A DNA stretch of 64,000 nt from Okamejei kenojei (Eukaryota): assembly GCA_035221665.1 (NCBI GenBank), contig CM069137.1, positions 76,694,001 to 76,758,000 on the forward strand, given 5' to 3'. Both the position numbers and the translations under genes were made by a program. Positions 36,292-48,150 of the stretch are shown piece after piece; position 1 is the stretch's first letter, and the number at the start of each line of letters is the position of its first letter. A model generated the notes under the pieces. That model was not told the DNA's origin and made no database searches. It saw only the letters and a program-made list of their open reading frames with translations.

Positions 36292-36591
36292 TGTATGATT
36301 TTCTGGCCAAGACTGGTACAGACTCCAATGGCACACCAGGTCCATACTTATTAACTGCTCTTACTCTAAAAATGTATTCATTGTTCTTTATAAGTCTTGT
36401 AACAACACTGGAGAGAGCCTTGCACTCAGCTTCAACGATGACCCAGTTAAGTCTGCTCGTCTCACGTCTCTCTACAATATAGTGTGTAATCTCTGCTCCA
36501 CCATCTTCCTTTGGCATATTCCATGATAAAGTGCACTTCTCTTCAGTTAATCTGCTGATGTTAAGTGAACCATCACAAGGTCCTGGTGAAT
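36292..36591 (-). CDS. ttn: titin exon, FN3 A150 equivalent (300 bp)
   Basis: DSPGPCDGSLNISRLTEEKCTLSW...; TAG / GTAAGT. Confidence 0.93.
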
Positions 36592-36697
36592 CTATATAGA
36601 GTTTGGAACATAAAAATTAGGATGCATACAATGCCAATATTGTACCTTGATGCTTTTGTACATGATTTTTTTTTCTATTTCATTGCAGAAAACATAC

Positions 36698-36988
36698 CTT
36701 GCACTTTAACATTTACAGACACAGTCTTAGCTCCACTTGGATTTTTCACAGTTAGTGTATACTTTCCAGTATCATTTCTGTCACAGAACTTGATAATGGC
36801 AACAGCTCGCTTGTTTGTGTACTGTAGAGAAATCTTCTCACAAAGTTCTAGTTCTTTGTTTCCTTTAGACCAATAGACCTTCGGGTCAGGTTTCCCCCCA
36901 ATGAAAGCATCGAGCACCAAGTCGGATCCTGCCCTTATGGTAATAATGTCTCCAAGTAATCTGCTGTCCAGTTCTGCCTTAGGAGGTA
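36698..36988 (-). CDS. ttn: titin exon, Ig (291 bp)
   Basis: VPPKAELDSRLLGD...NVKVQ; CAG / GTATGT. Confidence 0.93.
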
Positions 36989-37081
36989 CTGTAAATCAGA
37001 ATAAAAAGTAATTAATTATCTTCGAAAAAGATGTTTCTTGTTCAACAGAAAATGTATAGATATATTTTCACACCAGCATAC

Positions 37082-37387
37082 CGTATTCATCTTTGCATGT
37101 GACAGGTCCAGTAGATTCAGATGGTGTACTAATTACTCCACTTGCATTCTTGGCTAAAACGCGGAATTCATAGACCTCCGAATCACTTAGTCCTGTCACA
37201 GTGTAGAAGGTTTCAGAGATGGATGTGTAGTTGCACTTCAGCCAGCGGCCATCACCAGTTTCATTATAGGGCTTGCGATCTACGATGTATCCAACAATTT
37301 TACTTCCACCATCGTGGAGTGGTACAGTCCATTTTATCGAAACTGATGATCTCGTAACATCTGTTACTTCTGGTTTACCTGGAGGAT
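37082..37387 (-). CDS. ttn: titin exon, FN3 (306 bp)
   Basis: DPPGKPEVTDV...CKDEY; AAG acceptor, GTATGC donor. Confidence 0.9.
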
Positions 37388-37487
37388 CTTTATACATTTA
37401 AACAAAAGTACATTTCAATTGAAATCTGTAAATATTTGCAAATATAGAAAGTATAATATATGAATTTCATTTTACTTTTGATCTTAC

Positions 37488-37790
37488 CAACAGGATCTTG
37501 TGCCATTATTAGTCTAGAAGCTTCACTTGCTTTACTCAAGCCAGCTGTATTCATGGCGTAAACCCTAAACTGGTATTCCAAGCCTTCCACAAGAGTGGAT
37601 ATTTTGTAATGGCAATCAATGCATGGTATTTTGTTTTCTTTCACCCAGAGAATGCTGTTACGTTCTTTCTTTTCAATCCAGTAGCCTGTAACTTTGCTGC
37701 CACCATCATGATATGGGTCTTCCCATTGGATTGACATGGCATTAGCAGATACAAAATTCACTACTGGCCTGGTTGGAGGGCTTGGTGGAA
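37488..37790 (-). CDS. ttn: titin exon, FN3 (303 bp)
   Basis: VPPSPPTRPVV...AQDPV; CAG / GTAAGA. Confidence 0.93.
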
Positions 37791-37879
37791 CTGCAGGACA
37801 TAAAAATATATAATTAGTAAGTTTTCTCCAGCTTCATTGCTTAATATGCATTATCCAATAAATAGAAGTTTTGACTTAC

Positions 37880-39943
37880 CAAATGGATGTTCTGCAACGA
37901 CAGGTTTTGATTCCAATGGTTTGCTGACACCAAATCTGTTCTCTGAACAGACACGGAACGTGTATTCCATATACTTTGTCAAGTGGGTAACTTTAATCTG
38001 AGTACGTTTCACACTGGAATTGATGAGCTGCCATGTTGTGGTACCAGATTCACGTTTTTCTACAATATAGTTGGTGATATCAGTACCACCATCATCTTCA
38101 GGCTCTGCCCATGACAAAACGCATGAATCTGCAGTGACGGATGAGATACTCACAGGTCCAGTCACTGGACCTGGTCGACCAATAACATTAACAGTTACAG
38201 TAAATGTCATGACTCCTGCTGTGTTTTCAAGTGTTAGGTAATATTTTCCCGAGTCACCTCTCATAGCGTCCTTCGCAGTCAACGTAGTTCTCTCTTTTGT
38301 CGTTGTGATACTGACCCTTTCAGTTTCCTTTAATCTCATTTCCTCAAGCTTCCACGATACCTTAGGAGCAGGACGGCCACTAATAGGTACATCGATGGTA
38401 AAGGTACTTCCTGATTTACAGGTAATTGTTTGATTGGTGATTCCTGATAAATCTGCTTTAGGCTCAATCTGTGGTTCTTTAATAATAACGGATGAAAATG
38501 CCTCTCTTGGTTCACTGTGACCTGCATCATTTTTCGCTCTGACACGGAATTCATACTCTTTATTTTCAACAAGTCCATCGATTTGAAGTGTAAGGAGTTT
38601 GGTTTGACCACCTTCAACCCAGTGATCTGAACCTTTTTGTTTCATCTCCACTACATAACCAGTAATTGAACTGCCACCATCATGCTCTGGTTTCATCCAA
38701 GCCAAAATTGCAGAGGTTCTGCCTGTATCGACAATATCTAGTCTCTTCGGTGGTGCTGGTTCCTCAGTGGCTATAATAGGTTCTGTTATCTCATATGGTA
38801 CACCAAGGCCATATTCATTTTCTGCCATGACCCGGAAAAAGTATGGCACTCCTGCAAGTTCTTGTGCTCTGAAGATCTGTCGGGGGCATTTGCCACTGAT
38901 TTCTTGCCAGCTGCGTCGACTGGCTTCACGCTTCTCAATTACATAATGACGAACACGGGAACCTCCATCATGAATGGGAGCATCCCACATCAACGTAATT
39001 GCACCTCGAGTGACATCTTTGAATGTAATTGGTCCTGGTGGACCTGGAGTGTCTTGTACTTTAACAGTAAAAGTTATAGACTTGCTGCCAATGCTGTTTT
39101 CCACAGTAAGAGTATATTTCCCAGCATCGTATCTATCACAGTTCTCTATTGTTAACGTACTGTTCGTATCTGTTGTATTAATGTGAACATGTACTCCAAT
39201 AGATGAATCTGCTTTTTTCCAAGTGGCCATTGGAACTGGCCTACCTTGGAAGGCAATATGCAGCTGAATGGTATTGCCAGCTTTAACAATATGTATTTGT
39301 TTGAAATTGGCATCAGTCTCAATTTCTGGTGCTGTTAACCTATCTGTAGCGTGTACTGACGCAGCAAGTTCGCAGCTATCTCCTTTTCCTGCCGCATTAA
39401 CAGCACAGACACGGAATTTGTACTCTTCACCAGGTTCCAATTCTGTAACTGTGTATTTGGTATTGACGCATGCTTCAACATTAACCTTATGCCAATCTCC
39501 AAGACTGGCTTTGCACATTTCAATTATGTAGCCAATAATTTCCATGCCTCCGTCAAAGACAGGCTTAGTCCATTCTAAGCTTACAGATTTATTTGTTGTA
39601 TCTGTGACTCTAACAATGGTGGGTGCACCTGGTGGGTTTACTGGTTCTCTACACTTAATAAGTCTAGAAATATCACTTGAGGGGCCCACTCCAGCTTTAT
39701 TTTCTGCCATGACATGGAATTCATATTCGTTTCCTTCTGTGAGGTTACTCACTTTGAACCGGTTTTCAGTAATCGGTCTTTTGCTGGAAACTTTGACCCA
39801 GCGCAGACTCTTCTTCTCACGTCGTTCAAGAATGTAATGTATAATTTCATTCCCTCCGTCTGATTTTGGTCTTGACCAAGTAAGGGTAATAGTTTCACTT
39901 GTAACGTTGGTTGGTTCTGGTGTACCAGGTGCATCTGGCACAG
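37880..39943 (-). CDS. ttn: titin exon, 7 Ig/FN3 domains (2064 bp)
   Basis: ORF 37851-39941; CAG / GTAAGT. Confidence 0.95.
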
Positions 39944-40055
39944 CTGTGAAACAAAAAAAACAAGTTAATTAAGTAGCACTGTTTGGACACGGAAAGACTG
40001 GCAAATGTTTGATAAAAGATTGGAACATCAATTATAAATTCTGAAAAATACATAC

Positions 40056-40355
40056 TGTATTGTATCTGTGCAATAACTGGCTCTGAATCTAATGGTCTGC
40101 CAGTGCCAAATTTGTTGACAGTTGAAATTCGGAACTGGTACTCATTCCCCTTAATTAACTTGGTGACTGTATACGAACAGGCTTCACAATTATCATTGAC
40201 CATTGCCCATGTAAGTCGACTGGTCTCACGCTTTTCTATTACATAATTGCTAATGACAGCACAGCCATCATTTTCTGGTGGCATCCACCACAATGTAAGC
40301 TTCTCTCCTGTGATGTTGGTAAATCGAATTGGTCCAATTGGTGGTCCCGGAGTGT
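40056..40355 (-). CDS. ttn: titin exon, FN3 (300 bp)
   Basis: DTPGPPIGPIRF...AQIQY; TAG / GTATGT. Confidence 0.93.
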
Positions 40356-40470
40356 CTAAGGAAAACCAGAAATGTTAGTACCCAGCAAGTGAACTAAAAT
40401 ATTAAAATTACTAAAACATTAAACTGAACAATTATAAAGAGCACACAAGTTGCCAATAACTTCTAATTAC

Positions 40471-40758
40471 CGTGAACCCTAACATGAATGTCAGCCTTCT
40501 GGATGCCTGATGCATTCTTGGCTTCCACAGTATAAATGCCACGATGATCTCGGTTGCAGTCTCTGACAAAGATGGAGCTGGACCCAATAACGTTGGTGAT
40601 ATCCACCATCAATTTCTTATCAATCTCCTTTCCATCTTTGTACCAGGTTACTTGAGGTAATGGGCGACCTTTGATATGTACCTTAAGTCGCATACTCTCA
40701 CCAGATTTTACTGTCACACCTTCAAAATGTTCAGCACCAAATTCAATTGATGGTGATA
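40471..40758 (-). CDS. ttn: titin exon, Ig (288 bp)
   Basis: SPSIEFGAEHFEGVTVKSGE...VRVH; TAG / GTAATT. Confidence 0.93.
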
Positions 40759-40851
40759 CTATGAAAGAAACAGATAAGTGATTGCCAGGTCAAAGGCATT
40801 ACAAGCATAAACAATACATATGCAAACTATTTTGCTTTTAGATGTACTTAC

Positions 40852-41145
40852 TGCTTTCATCCCTTGTCATAATGTTGCCTGATGACTGAGATGGTGGACT
40901 GACTGTTCCAACAGCGTTTCTAGCAATTATGCGGAATTCATAACGATCACCAGGGCTAAGGCCTGACACTGTATATTGGCATTCATTAATATCAATAAAG
41001 TTGCACCGCAACCAACGACCTCCACCTTGCCGCTTTTCAACACTGTATGCCACAATTTTACTTCCACCATCACGAGCTGGTGGTTCCCACTTAAGTGTTA
41101 TAGTATCTCTTGTCACATCAATGTAATCTGGTGTACCAGGTGGAT
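40852..41145 (-). CDS. ttn: titin exon, FN3 (294 bp)
   Basis: DPPGTPDYIDVT...TRDES; CAG / GTAAGT. Confidence 0.93.
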
Positions 41146-41266
41146 CTGATGAAATAATTTTGCAAGTAGTCGGGTAAATATAAATCCAATCAATCGTCAA
41201 CATCAACTGTTATGCCTTAATACAAGTAGAATACTTGTTGTATGTTTGAGGAAAGAAATTACTTAC

Positions 41267-43033
41267 CAACTGGTGAGACAGCCAATGTGAATTTGCTTGC
41301 TTCACTAACTGTGCTCAATCCAACACTGTTTTCAGAATAAACTCGGAACTGATAGTCCAGGCCTTCAATAAGTCCTAATATTCTGTATTCTTTGTTAGAA
41401 ATAGGTGTTTTGTTGATTTTTTGCCATAGGATGCTGTTTCTTTCTTTCTTCTCAACATGATATCCAGTGATTTCTGAACCACCATCATATAAAGGTGCAT
41501 CCCATGAGATTGTCATACCATCACAAGTGATATTGTATACAACAGGCTTTCCAGGGGGTCCAGGAAGTCTGTACTGATGTTTTGCTATAACAGCCATTGA
41601 ATTCAGTGGCAGACTTACTCCATATCTATTTTCAGCATAAATTCTAAATTGATATTCTAGATCTTTAACCAGTTTGGTAACTTTAAAGGTTTCCCTGGCT
41701 GCACTGGAACAAACCACTTTCCAATTGGTTTGTGAAGTTTCACGTTTTTCAATACTGTAGCTCGTAATTTCACTTCCTCCATCATCGTCAGGTGCATCCC
41801 ATGAAAGTACGATACTTTCAGACTTGATTTCATCAAATCTAATTGGCCCTTTCGGCTTCGAAGGAGGGCCAAGAGTAATTATTGTAAAGTTGAATGACTT
41901 TCTTGAAACTGCATTATCAAGAATCACGGTGTACTTTCCACCATGTTCTTTCTTGACATTCTTAATACTTAATGTAAGTTTGTCTTCTGCTTTTGTGTAC
42001 CGGACTTGTTCACTTTCTTTTAATGGAATGTTGTCTTTCACCCATTTAATACTTGGTCGAGGTTTACCCTTATATGGAAGATCAACATGAACATTGTGTC
42101 CAATTCTTACTTTAATTTGTCCTCCTGCTATTTCAGATAAGTCAGCTTCAGGTGTAATGACATAATCTTTCACAGTGATAGGTGCAGTAATAACACTATC
42201 ACTTAATCCTTTTTCATTCTTTGCAAAGACTCGGAATTCAATTACTGTTAACTCCTTTAATTTAGTAACTTCAAAGGTACAGACTTTGGAAATCCCAGCG
42301 TGACACCACTCTTGTTCCTCTTTCAATTTCTTTTCAATTACATATTCTGTAATTATGCTGCCTCCATCATAGTCAGGTTTGTTCCATTGTAACACCACAG
42401 AAGATTTTGTTGAGTCTTTCATCATAAGATCCTTGACAGGCCCTGGTACTTCAGTGGCTTTCACTGGATCTGCTGTGTCACATGGCTCACCAATTCCGTT
42501 CTCATTCTCTGCTATTACTCGGAAAAAGAATGAGCACTTTTCTGACAAGTTAATGATTTTAAAGACTGTGCTGGAACATTTGGTTGTAACACCAGACCAG
42601 GCTCGTTTTGTTGCATCTCTTTTTTCAATAACATAATTGACAATTTCAGCACCACCATTAATAAGAGGTGGTTCCCAAACTAATGTGACTGTACCTCTGG
42701 TCACATGCTTAACATGCAACTTCTGACAAGGTCCAGGAGATGCAAGGACTTTCACATTTACAAATGTTGATTTGGGTACTCCAACACCATTTTCAATTGT
42801 CAAAACATATTTTCCAGTATCTTCACGGTTGACCTCGGTAATATTGAGAAGGGTAGATGACTCCGTATTGTGGATGGTGTATCTTTCATCAGCGTTGATA
42901 TTTTTCTCACCCTTTCTCCAGGTGACATTTGGATGAGGTCGACCTTTGAAAGGTATCATAATTTCTACATTTTCTCCTGTTTTTGCTGTTATGGAAGTCC
43001 TGAGTGCAACATCGAGATCAATCTCTGGCTCCT
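41267..43033 (-). CDS. ttn: titin exon, Ig-FN3-FN3-Ig-FN3-FN3 (1767 bp)
   Basis: ORF 41259-42959 extended to the CAG acceptor; GTAAGT donor. Confidence 0.95.
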
Positions 43034-43120
43034 CTGTAGAAGGAAATGTAAATATATATCAGGATCTAATATATACACATGCTAATTGTAATCAAGGCAT
43101 TCTACATATCATAGACTTAC

Positions 43121-43426
43121 CTAGTATGTCTTTAGCCTGTACAGGTTCCACCATTTCAATTGGTTCCCCTTGTCCTGCAATATTAACTGCGCAGACACGG
43201 AAGTAGTAGTTTACGCCATGTGTCAAGTGGAACACAACATATTCTGTTGTCCTGACTTCTCCCTTAGAAGTAACTACTGTCCATTGTTCTTCATCAGCTT
43301 CCCTCATTTCAACAACATAGCTCGTTATTGCACTTCCTCCGTCATAGACAGGTTTAACCCAGCCAAGAGTGATGGAAGATTTAGTGCTGTCCACAATCTT
43401 CAGTTTGGTTGGTTGACCAGGTTCAT
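43121..43426 (-). CDS. ttn: titin exon, FN3 (306 bp)
   Basis: DEPGQPTKLKIVDST...AKDIL; TAG / GTAAGT. Confidence 0.93.
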
Positions 43427-43520
43427 CTAGATATAAGAAAGAGAATATTTGAAAGAATTAACCGTAAAATATTGATACACATTGCTTAATCTTTTGCAAA
43501 TTTCCATTAATTTTCCATAC

Positions 43521-43823
43521 CAATTGGATCAGCAGCCTTGTAGAAATCAGAAGGATCAGAGTATGGACCCTCGCCTGCTGCATTGATAGCACACACTTGG
43601 TACTGATATTCATTTCCTTCTGCAAGCCCAGAAACCTTTTGCCTGGTATCACGGATTGGTTCCTTAGTAACCTTAAACCATCGTAGACTCTTTTTCTCGC
43701 GTCTTTCCAAGATGTAGCCACTGATTTCATTGCCACCATCGACAGTTGGTCTCATCCAGCTTATAGTCATTGTTTGTTTAGTTATCATGGAAGCTTCTGG
43801 CAATGATGGCTGCCCGGGTGTAA
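43521..43823 (-). CDS. ttn: titin exon, FN3 (303 bp)
   Basis: VTPGQPSLPE...AADPI; TAG / GTATGG. Confidence 0.93.
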
Positions 43824-43906
43824 CTATTAAAAAAGTTCTCAAATTAACCTTCATGTAACAATTAAGAAGAGCATTCATTGGAAAAAAAATGGTCTTGTTT
43901 TCTTAC

Positions 43907-44206
43907 CAAATGCATTCTTAGCAATAACAGCATCAGATTCCAGTGGATCACCGACACCATATTTATTCACAGCCCGAATACGGAACACGTATTCATTGCC
44001 CCTAATGATATTATGTACAGTAACGATAGTATGTTCCATCTTTTCTGAAATGAGCGACCATACTACTCGACTTGTCTCACGCTTTTCAACAATATAGTGG
44101 CTGACGGGGGCACCGCCATCATCCGTTGGAGCAGCCCAAGTAAATGTGATCTTTTCAGCTGTAACAGTCTTAAACTGTACAGGCCCAAGTGAAGGTCCAG
44201 GTTTGT
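43907..44206 (-). CDS. ttn: titin exon, FN3 (300 bp)
   Basis: DKPGPSLGPVQF...AKNAF; CAG / GTAAGA. Confidence 0.93.
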
Positions 44207-44297
44207 CTGTGAAACAGAAGCATATAAATCTTGCAACTCCTGAAAAAAGTGTAGTTTCAAAAATAACCTTCAATTTATAAGCAATACATTCACATAC

Positions 44298-44585
44298 CTA
44301 GAACTTGTAATCTGATTGTTCCTGATGCTGAGCCTAAGGGGTTCTTAAGCCTGACCTCATAGCTTCCAGTGTTGATACGACTGGCATCCTTAATAATTAC
44401 TGCTGCAGAGTCTGTTGTGTTTTCAATAAAGACTTGTGAACTTGTCTCAAGTTCTTTACCGTTTTTATACCATTCAATAGACGGCAGAGGCTTTCCAGAG
44501 ATACCAACTTTAATCTTTATGGCTGAATCGGCCTTAAGTTTGACAATATCCATATACTCCAAAGGCAAGTCAACCTCGGGTGCAC
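44298..44585 (-). CDS. ttn: titin exon, Ig (288 bp)
   Basis: APEVDLPLEYMDIV...IRLQVL; TAG / GTATGT. Confidence 0.93.
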
Positions 44586-44683
44586 CTAAGCAGCAAAGTT
44601 AATAACAGCAACATTATTAGCAATACTAATCACAAAAGAAAATCCTATATTTGCAGATATAGAGTAAGTTGCAAAACAGTTAC

Positions 44684-44980
44684 CAATGGTATCACGGCAG
44701 GTTACAGGTCCAAGAACCTCAGACGGATTACTTATTGAACCAATAGCATTCTTCGCAAATACACGGAATTCGTACTGTGCATCTTGAGTCAAGCCTGATA
44801 CAGTGAAATGAGTCTCAATAACATTTGTAAAACTGGCCTTTGTCCATCTTCCATTTGGCAAATCACGTTTTTCAACAATGTAGCCGGTAATCTTGCTGCC
44901 ACCATCATAAGATGGTTTTTTCCAGCTGAGGCTTACAGAGGTCTTTGAAACATCTGTTACACGTACATTTGTTGGGAACT
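44684..44980 (-). CDS. ttn: titin exon, FN3 (297 bp)
   Basis: EFPTNVRVTDVSK...CRDTI; CAG / GTAACT. Confidence 0.93.
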
Positions 44981-45099
44981 CTGAAAGACAAACATGAAAG
45001 AGATTTATTTATCTGATTATATTTACAAATACTTGTTTATCACCATCAATTCTACATTGAAATGAAATGAACCAAAGCACAATTTCAGGGAATACCAAC

Positions 45100-45402
45100 C
45101 ACAAGCATCAATTGCTAGAACTTGATCAGAAGGATGGCTGACTTTTCCAACGCCTGCAGCATTTACTGCATATACACGGAATTCATAGATAAGTCCACCA
45201 CTGATAGTTGTGACCTTGAAGTGTGTTGTACGGATAATTGTCTTGTTAACTCTCTGCCATAAAATGCTATTCCTGTCCTTCATTTCTAAATGATAACCAA
45301 TCACATGGTTACCACCATCAGAAACAGGCTCATTCCAACCTACTGTTATACTTTCTCTGGTGACATTAGTAACCCATGGGGTTGATGGAGGACCAGGTGT
45401 TG
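45100..45402 (-). CDS. ttn: titin exon, FN3 (303 bp)
   Basis: TPGPPSTPWVTNV...AIDAC; CAG acceptor, GTTGGT donor. Confidence 0.93.
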
Positions 45403-45505
45403 CTGAAAAATACAGGGAATATAGAGTTAGCATTGTGAGCTGATGAAGATTAACAATATTATTTGCTAAGATGAATAGTCATGCAAACAAGAGCAAACAA
45501 CTTAC

Positions 45506-46093
45506 TATATGGCAACTTGACTGTTACACAAGTGGAGTCAATATGATCACTGATTCCAAAACGGTTCTCAGCTTTGATGCGGAACTGGTATTCCTCTCCA
45601 GTAGTCAGCTTCATGACTTTGATTAAACTTCTTGCTGCAGTAGCAGATACTTCTGACCAAGCAGCTGTGCTGGTTTCTCTTTTCAAAACTATGTAATTTG
45701 TTACCTGACTTCCACCATCATATGTTGGTGGTTGCCATCTCAATGCCACACTATCTTCAGTAACATCACTAATGTTTACAGGGCCCACTGGAGGGCCAGG
45801 CCTGTCCAGCACTACAATATTAATGAATGACTTTGTTGTTCCACTGGAGTTAGAAGCAGTAATATCATAGTGACCAGAGTCACTGGCAACACTTTCTTTC
45901 AAGTTCACAATCATGCTTTCTGCAGTCATTTCAGTGTTAAATCGCATGGATGACTTCACACAAATGCCATCTTTGGACCAAGATATGTTAGGCTGTGGCT
46001 TGCCAGAAACTGGGATTTCAAATTTTAGGTTGGATCCAGCTCGAACATAAACAGTGTTGCGTGGGAAGTTCTTCATGTCAATTTCGGGTGATT
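45506..46093 (-). CDS. ttn: titin exon, Ig+FN3 (588 bp)
   Basis: ORF 45459-46076 trimmed to CAG acceptor and GTAAGT donor. Confidence 0.95.
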
Positions 46094-46240
46094 CTGAAAA
46101 TAATTTGAAAAAATATATAGTAGTCTTGATTCAATTAATAAATCCTCAAGCTCAAAGTGCTATTGGACTAAAAGTGACCAACATTAATTAGAGATACTCA
46201 CACTACAGATTGGTATAATTATAATATGAAAAATAATTAC

Positions 46241-46537
46241 CAAGTTGTTCTTTAACTGTTACTGGTAGAACCATTTCCTTTGGGTCACTTAGGCCAGCCT
46301 GATTTTCAGCAGAAACTCTAAAGAAATAGTCAACATTTTGTTTCAAACCATGTATAACATGATATGTAGTCTTCACAACAGCACATTTAATCCACTTTTG
46401 TTGGCCTTTTTCAAGAGCTTCTATAAAATAGCTTGTGATCCTACTGCCTCCATCATGTTCAGGCTTTGACCACGCAAGTGAAACGCTATCTTTGGTGACA
46501 TTCGTTACTCCAAGTCGCTCAGGTGGGCTTGGTTTCT
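46241..46537 (-). CDS. ttn: titin exon, FN3 (297 bp)
   Basis: TTTCAG|AG acceptor, EKPSPPERLGVTNV..., donor TTG|GTAATT; not in the ORF track. Confidence 0.93.
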
Positions 46538-46719
46538 CTGAAAAAAAGCATAATACATTTTTAAAGCTTAAATTAAGAATAATGAAAATAAAAATGTCAA
46601 AATATTCTTTGGCTGAATTTTGGCCATGTGCTTTGCTTCTCTACTTAAATCAAAATCTTTACTTCCTCCATGTTATTAACACTGTGTAATAACTTGATAT
46701 CTCGATTTAATGAGTTGGT

Positions 46720-47285
46720 AAAGACTGAGAGGGTATCATATTAGGAATGAGAAAAGAGAATCTCCCCCAGACTAAAACATATGTATCCTTAGGCCTATGT
46801 AAAAAGGTATTGATGAACCTCTGTAAAGCACTGATTTAGCCATAACTACAGTATTCAGTACAATGGGAAGAACGTGAAATTGCCAGAGGTGGTGCAGAAA
46901 AAAATTAGTAGAGAGGATGTGGGAATTTAGTTGATAATAGCTAGATTTGAGAAGCTAACTTTTTTCTCCTTTGAACACTGAAGGCATAGAGGTGATTTAA
47001 TGGAGGTATTCAAAATTGTTATGGGCTCAGGTAAAATGAATGAATCAGAAATATTTCCATTGGTTGAAGAATTGAAAACCAGATTTACAGTGATTAGTGA
47101 AAGAACCAGGGATGACATTGGGAAAAGTGTGTTCACAATGTGATTTGTCACAACCTGCATTTCACTTTCAAACCGGCATTGGAAAGATAGTTGACAGAGA
47201 AATAAATTGCTGGGAAAAAAAATTGGATTTGCCATGGAAGCGCATGCAAATAGCCAGCACACATTTAATGGGCCTAATAATCATC
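46720..47285 (+). mobile_element. very old CR1/L2-like LINE 3' fragment in a titin intron
   Basis: Relics LCKALI.P.LQY.VQW and RGDLMEVFKIV; tail ATGGGCCTAATAATC. Confidence 0.6.
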
Positions 47286-48150
47286 TTCAAAGTTGCAATA
47301 AATCTGATTCTATATCCTGTCGCTCAAACGGAGCAGAAAATATATTCTGATGAGGTCAGCCATTTAAGGAAGTGTCTCTGGCAGTACAAAACAATATTCC
47401 TGACATAAATATATTGGAATCCTCATGCCTGAATCAGCCCTCTCTTTGAAGCTATGTATCATAACTATAGAGTCAGTGAAAGACTGCTCCAATCTTAATA
47501 ATTTAATGGAAACTGGGATTGATTGAATACCACCAACTATTTTTTGTTCAAGAAATTGGTAAAACATTGCTGCTGTGTTAGAAGCAGGTGTACTGATTAA
47601 TGTCCCAATCTCAGCACCCTCTTTTGCATTTTGCACCCTTTTTGCATCCTCCTAATCACTAGGTCGATCTTCCTCTTTCCTTTCAGGATTACTTTGAGCA
47701 TGATGGAATGTGATTCATTTTCTTAAGGCAGGCAGGCTGTTTGTGGAGGCTCACCAAATAATGACAGATCACCTATTAAGATTATTGAGATCCAATGCAT
47801 AGTTTTTTATTGCTTTTGCCAATTAGTCGTACACATATTGAGGCCACAATAACACATTCACAGCTGATACTCAGTATGGGCTGATTATTTTTTGTGCGAA
47901 TTTGTGATAATTTGCGATTTTTTGAGCATTTGTGAGAACACCAGGGGATTAATCATTCTCACTCTTGGGAAAAAGCATATTTCTCTATACCAAGATACAA
48001 TGACTTCATGGAAAAAGGTAAGTTAAATTGTGAGAAATTACACAAAAATTCCATTGCTAATTCTAAAGAATGTTATGCGATTATGCCACAATACATTGTT
48101 CAATAACGTAATAAAAATATTAAAGTGGCAATAATAAATGGATAAATTAC

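Noticed and set aside
47640-47760. Plus-strand acceptor-like CTCTTTCCTTTCAG suggesting an antisense (TTN-AS1-like) exon
   Set aside because: A single motif with no convincing donor or transcript evidence.
48038-48150. ORF-track extensions past splice donors as alternative C-termini
   Set aside because: Intron read-through; canonical GT donors give correct-phase joins to the next exons.
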